A DNA stretch of 64,000 bases from the NCBI GenBank assembly GCA_043228905.1, contig JBHGNT010000021.1:5022001-5086000 (forward strand). Reading direction: 5' to 3'. The first letter of the stretch is position 1. Each line of letters starts with the position of its first letter. The notes under the pieces are model-generated. The model saw only the letters and a program-made list of their open reading frames with translations, did no database searches and was not told where the DNA came from. The position numbers were made by a program, and so were the translations under genes. Of the stretch, positions 61,541-64,000 are shown in pieces. This DNA comes from Azolla caroliniana. Its lineage: Eukaryota > Plantae > Polypodiophyta.

Positions 61541-64000
61541 CAAAAGAAGGTAAATACAACACTATAGGTAAATCATGCTATGGAAAGTAAATGCAAAACA
61601 AAACAATGTGAAAGTAAGAGCACAAGAAATTTTACGCCGCTATGCCAAGTTATCTACATCCATGGAAGGTAGATTAGAATTCTGGCGAACAAGATTACAA
61701 GTGAAATACAAGAGAAAACTCTCAACTTCACATGCTAGAAAACCCAAGTTCGCCTGTTGCTTTTCACTATTACTTAGCTCAGCAATTTGCTAAGCACCTC
61801 ACATGCATTCGTGTACGAAACTAACTTTGTCATCATATCAAATGCATTATTATGTGCACAAAACTTCGACAAGTATATTTCTTCAGAGATGATTGCCTCT
61901 CTATGTTGTAACGTTGAACACTTATATATTTTGACCTTGCAAAATATATCATATTGACTATCACATAGCAAATAATGATTTCTAGCTGAAAACCAAATCC
62001 CTTGATCGGACACTTCAATCACAAAGCTTCTTTTCTTGCGTTGATGGCAGCCATGTGCTGTACTTCAGTATTAGAGAGAGAGAGAGACTATATATTATAG
62101 GATATACTCTCACAAAATCAATCCTCCAGTGAACTTGAAAGCTTAGCTGGTCATGGAATTTCTATCATCCAGATCTACCACATAATCTCGCTACATTGCT
62201 CAAAGCTGAATATTGGTTTCATCAATTCTGCTAGCAAAATATCTGAATATCCACTTCACTGCATTCAAATGCTCCTTTCTTGGATTCTCCATGTGTATGC
62301 TTATAACACTGACAACATGTAAAATCTCTGGTATTTACACAATTGCATACATCAGGCATCCTATTGCATTTGACACTTGAGCCATATACCTCACCTCATT
62401 TTCTGTTGTTGGGAAAAATCGGCTGCTAATATAGTCTTTACAGGTTTAGCATAGAGCATACTAAACCTTTTCAGAAATTACTTCGTACAGCTTCTTTGAG
62501 TAGGCCACAAATTGCCATCTGTCTTATCCTTGTAAATATTCATAACAAGGATTTTCTTAACAGCTCCTAGGCTCTTCATTTCAAATTCACACCTCAACAT
62601 GTTCTTGAGATTAGAGGTGTGAGATAGATTCTAAGTAGCAATGTTTCATTGAAATGAAGAGTTGGGCTATGTGGTTTTTTCTCTCTTTAGAAGGGCTGTT
62701 GTCACCATCCACTGTTAGAGTTTGTTTCCCGACAAGTAATGGAGCTGGGAAATGAAATTTCAGCAATGCTACAATGATAATCTGGTATTTGATACCAATG
62801 TGAGATTAATGGCTGAAGGAAAGTAGTACAACTCCTAGAGATGGGGAAAGAGATTGAATCCAAATTATTGGCGTATTGAGTGAGAGATTAATGTCCAAAA
62901 GTCACTATGGCCTAGAATATAGTTAAAGATTATAGTTGCTAATGTTATATTGTCAAAGTGGGAAACAAAGAGAGACATGAGATCATGTGCTAAAGAACAA
63001 TGTGAGGCATTGCCTTCATATATGTGATGTTCCAAGTATTCGTTTATAGGTTTATGAGGTTATATTAGCCAGATCGGAAGGTAAACATAATGTTGTTTAC
63101 AAATTTGAGCTCTGCAACATTAAGTTCGTTCTGCTGAAGTGGCATAAACTGAGTTGTTACTTTTACTCCAGTCCTGTTGAAGTCTTGAGAAAATATTGTA
63201 TTAGTTATAAATCTCTTTGTAGTTCTAGTTTGAGATCATGCACAATTGTATCTAATAGAGAGATGGGAACTATTTAACCAATATTGCAGGTGTTAAGCAT
63301 GTAGTAGACTTATGTGCAGCGCCTGGTAGTTGGAGTCAGGTATTGATTTTTCTTAGTGTGTAGAATTCATTCTTAGTCTGGTTATTGAACCTCACAAAAA
63401 CAAAGAACATTCTATAGAGGATATTGACATGTTGCAATATATTCTGAATGTAATATATGCTTTAATAAAATCCATGTTTGAAGGTTTTGAGCAGAAAACT
63501 ATATGTTCCAGCAAAGCTTGCTCAGGATACCAGGTAAAACTTTAGGCGCGTCTCAATTTTACTTTTTGTTGCATCTCAATTGATAGGCAAATGCCATCTT
63601 GGTTAGCAAAATCAAGCTGTCTTAGCGCAATTTTCTATCAAAATTTTATCATTTGAAAAACTGTAAAAGTTAGTCCCCCCCCATTCAATGGGGACCCTGG
63701 GATGCAGTTAAACTCATGGCCTATTTATTTGTCATCACATTTGCAGGGAATGCAAGGAGTCTCTCCCACTTATTGTTTCCATTGATTTGCAACCGATGAC
63801 TCCAATTGATGGGGTGATTCAAGTTCAAGGTGACATCACAAGTGCACGCACTGCAGAGCTGGTAACAAAATTCAAATGGGTGTAAAAAATATATTCGAAA
63901 AGTGTGGTGAAATTGTGCAGTATTTTAGACAAGTAATTCATTTAAATATATGTCAGGTTATCAAGCATTTTGATGGATGCAAAGCAGACTTAGTTGTTTG
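61046..64000 (+). CDS. TRM7: tRNA (C32/G34) 2'-O-methyltransferase, Trm7/FTSJ1 family, exons 1-6, incomplete at window end
   Basis: Exons 61046-61072 (MGKSSKDKR), 61172-61265 ([31 protein letters not shown]), 63290-63339 ([17 protein letters not shown]), 63484-63533 (VLSRKLY), 63747-63861 ([24 protein letters not shown]), 63957-64000 ([15 protein letters not shown]); GT-AG with consistent phases. Confidence 0.95.
61316..61502. mobile_element. tRNA-derived (SINE/MITE-like) insert with two convergent tRNA-like units between (AG)n tracts
   Basis: + unit: TAGCTCAGTTGT...GAGGTCATGGATTCAAACCC. - unit: CCCTAGTGGCAAG...GTCGTGGGTTCGAAACCC. (AG)n at 61279-61315 and 61503-61538. Confidence 0.55.
61780..62800 (-). 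mobile_element. Decayed Copia RT/RNase H relic in TRM7 intron 2
   Basis: Minus-strand translation [52 protein letters not shown]; PBS-like TGGTATCA at ~62790-62797. Boundaries approximate. Confidence 0.75.

Overview
Eukaryotic land-plant nuclear DNA (spliceosomal GT-AG introns, plant gene families; possibly a non-seed plant such as a fern, which is only an inference). Bases 1-33 kb are a nest of decayed retroelements. A + strand L1-like LINE (1-16169) is split by a Tnt1/Tork-like Ty1/Copia insertion (2008-12465, TSD AAGAT) with an LTR-internal-LTR-internal-LTR structure and a demonstrably recombinant middle LTR. It is followed by a tail-to-tail LINE fragment, and then a - strand LINE of another family (about 21919-33200) split by a 5'-truncated + strand LINE (25214-30912, 11-bp TSD). 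Bases 33-64 kb hold three host genes whose exons I traced by hand: a 9-exon O-fucosyltransferase-family gene (-), a 2-exon gene for an ~857-aa protein with three WRC zinc fingers but no QLQ or JmjC domain (+), and the first six exons of a Trm7/FTSJ1-type tRNA 2'-O-methyltransferase (+, runs off the window). This half also has two hAT-like MITEs, a solo LTR, Copia relics in introns, a fold-back hairpin and many microsatellites. Best leads: the chimeric middle LTR; an unannotated conserved C-terminal ORF2 domain and a 3'-end RNA motif shared by the main LINE family; strong CCGG enrichment in the Copia; a pair of convergent tRNA-like units inside a GA tract in the tRNA-methyltransferase intron; and the triple-WRC protein. 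All calls are by eye; no searches were run.
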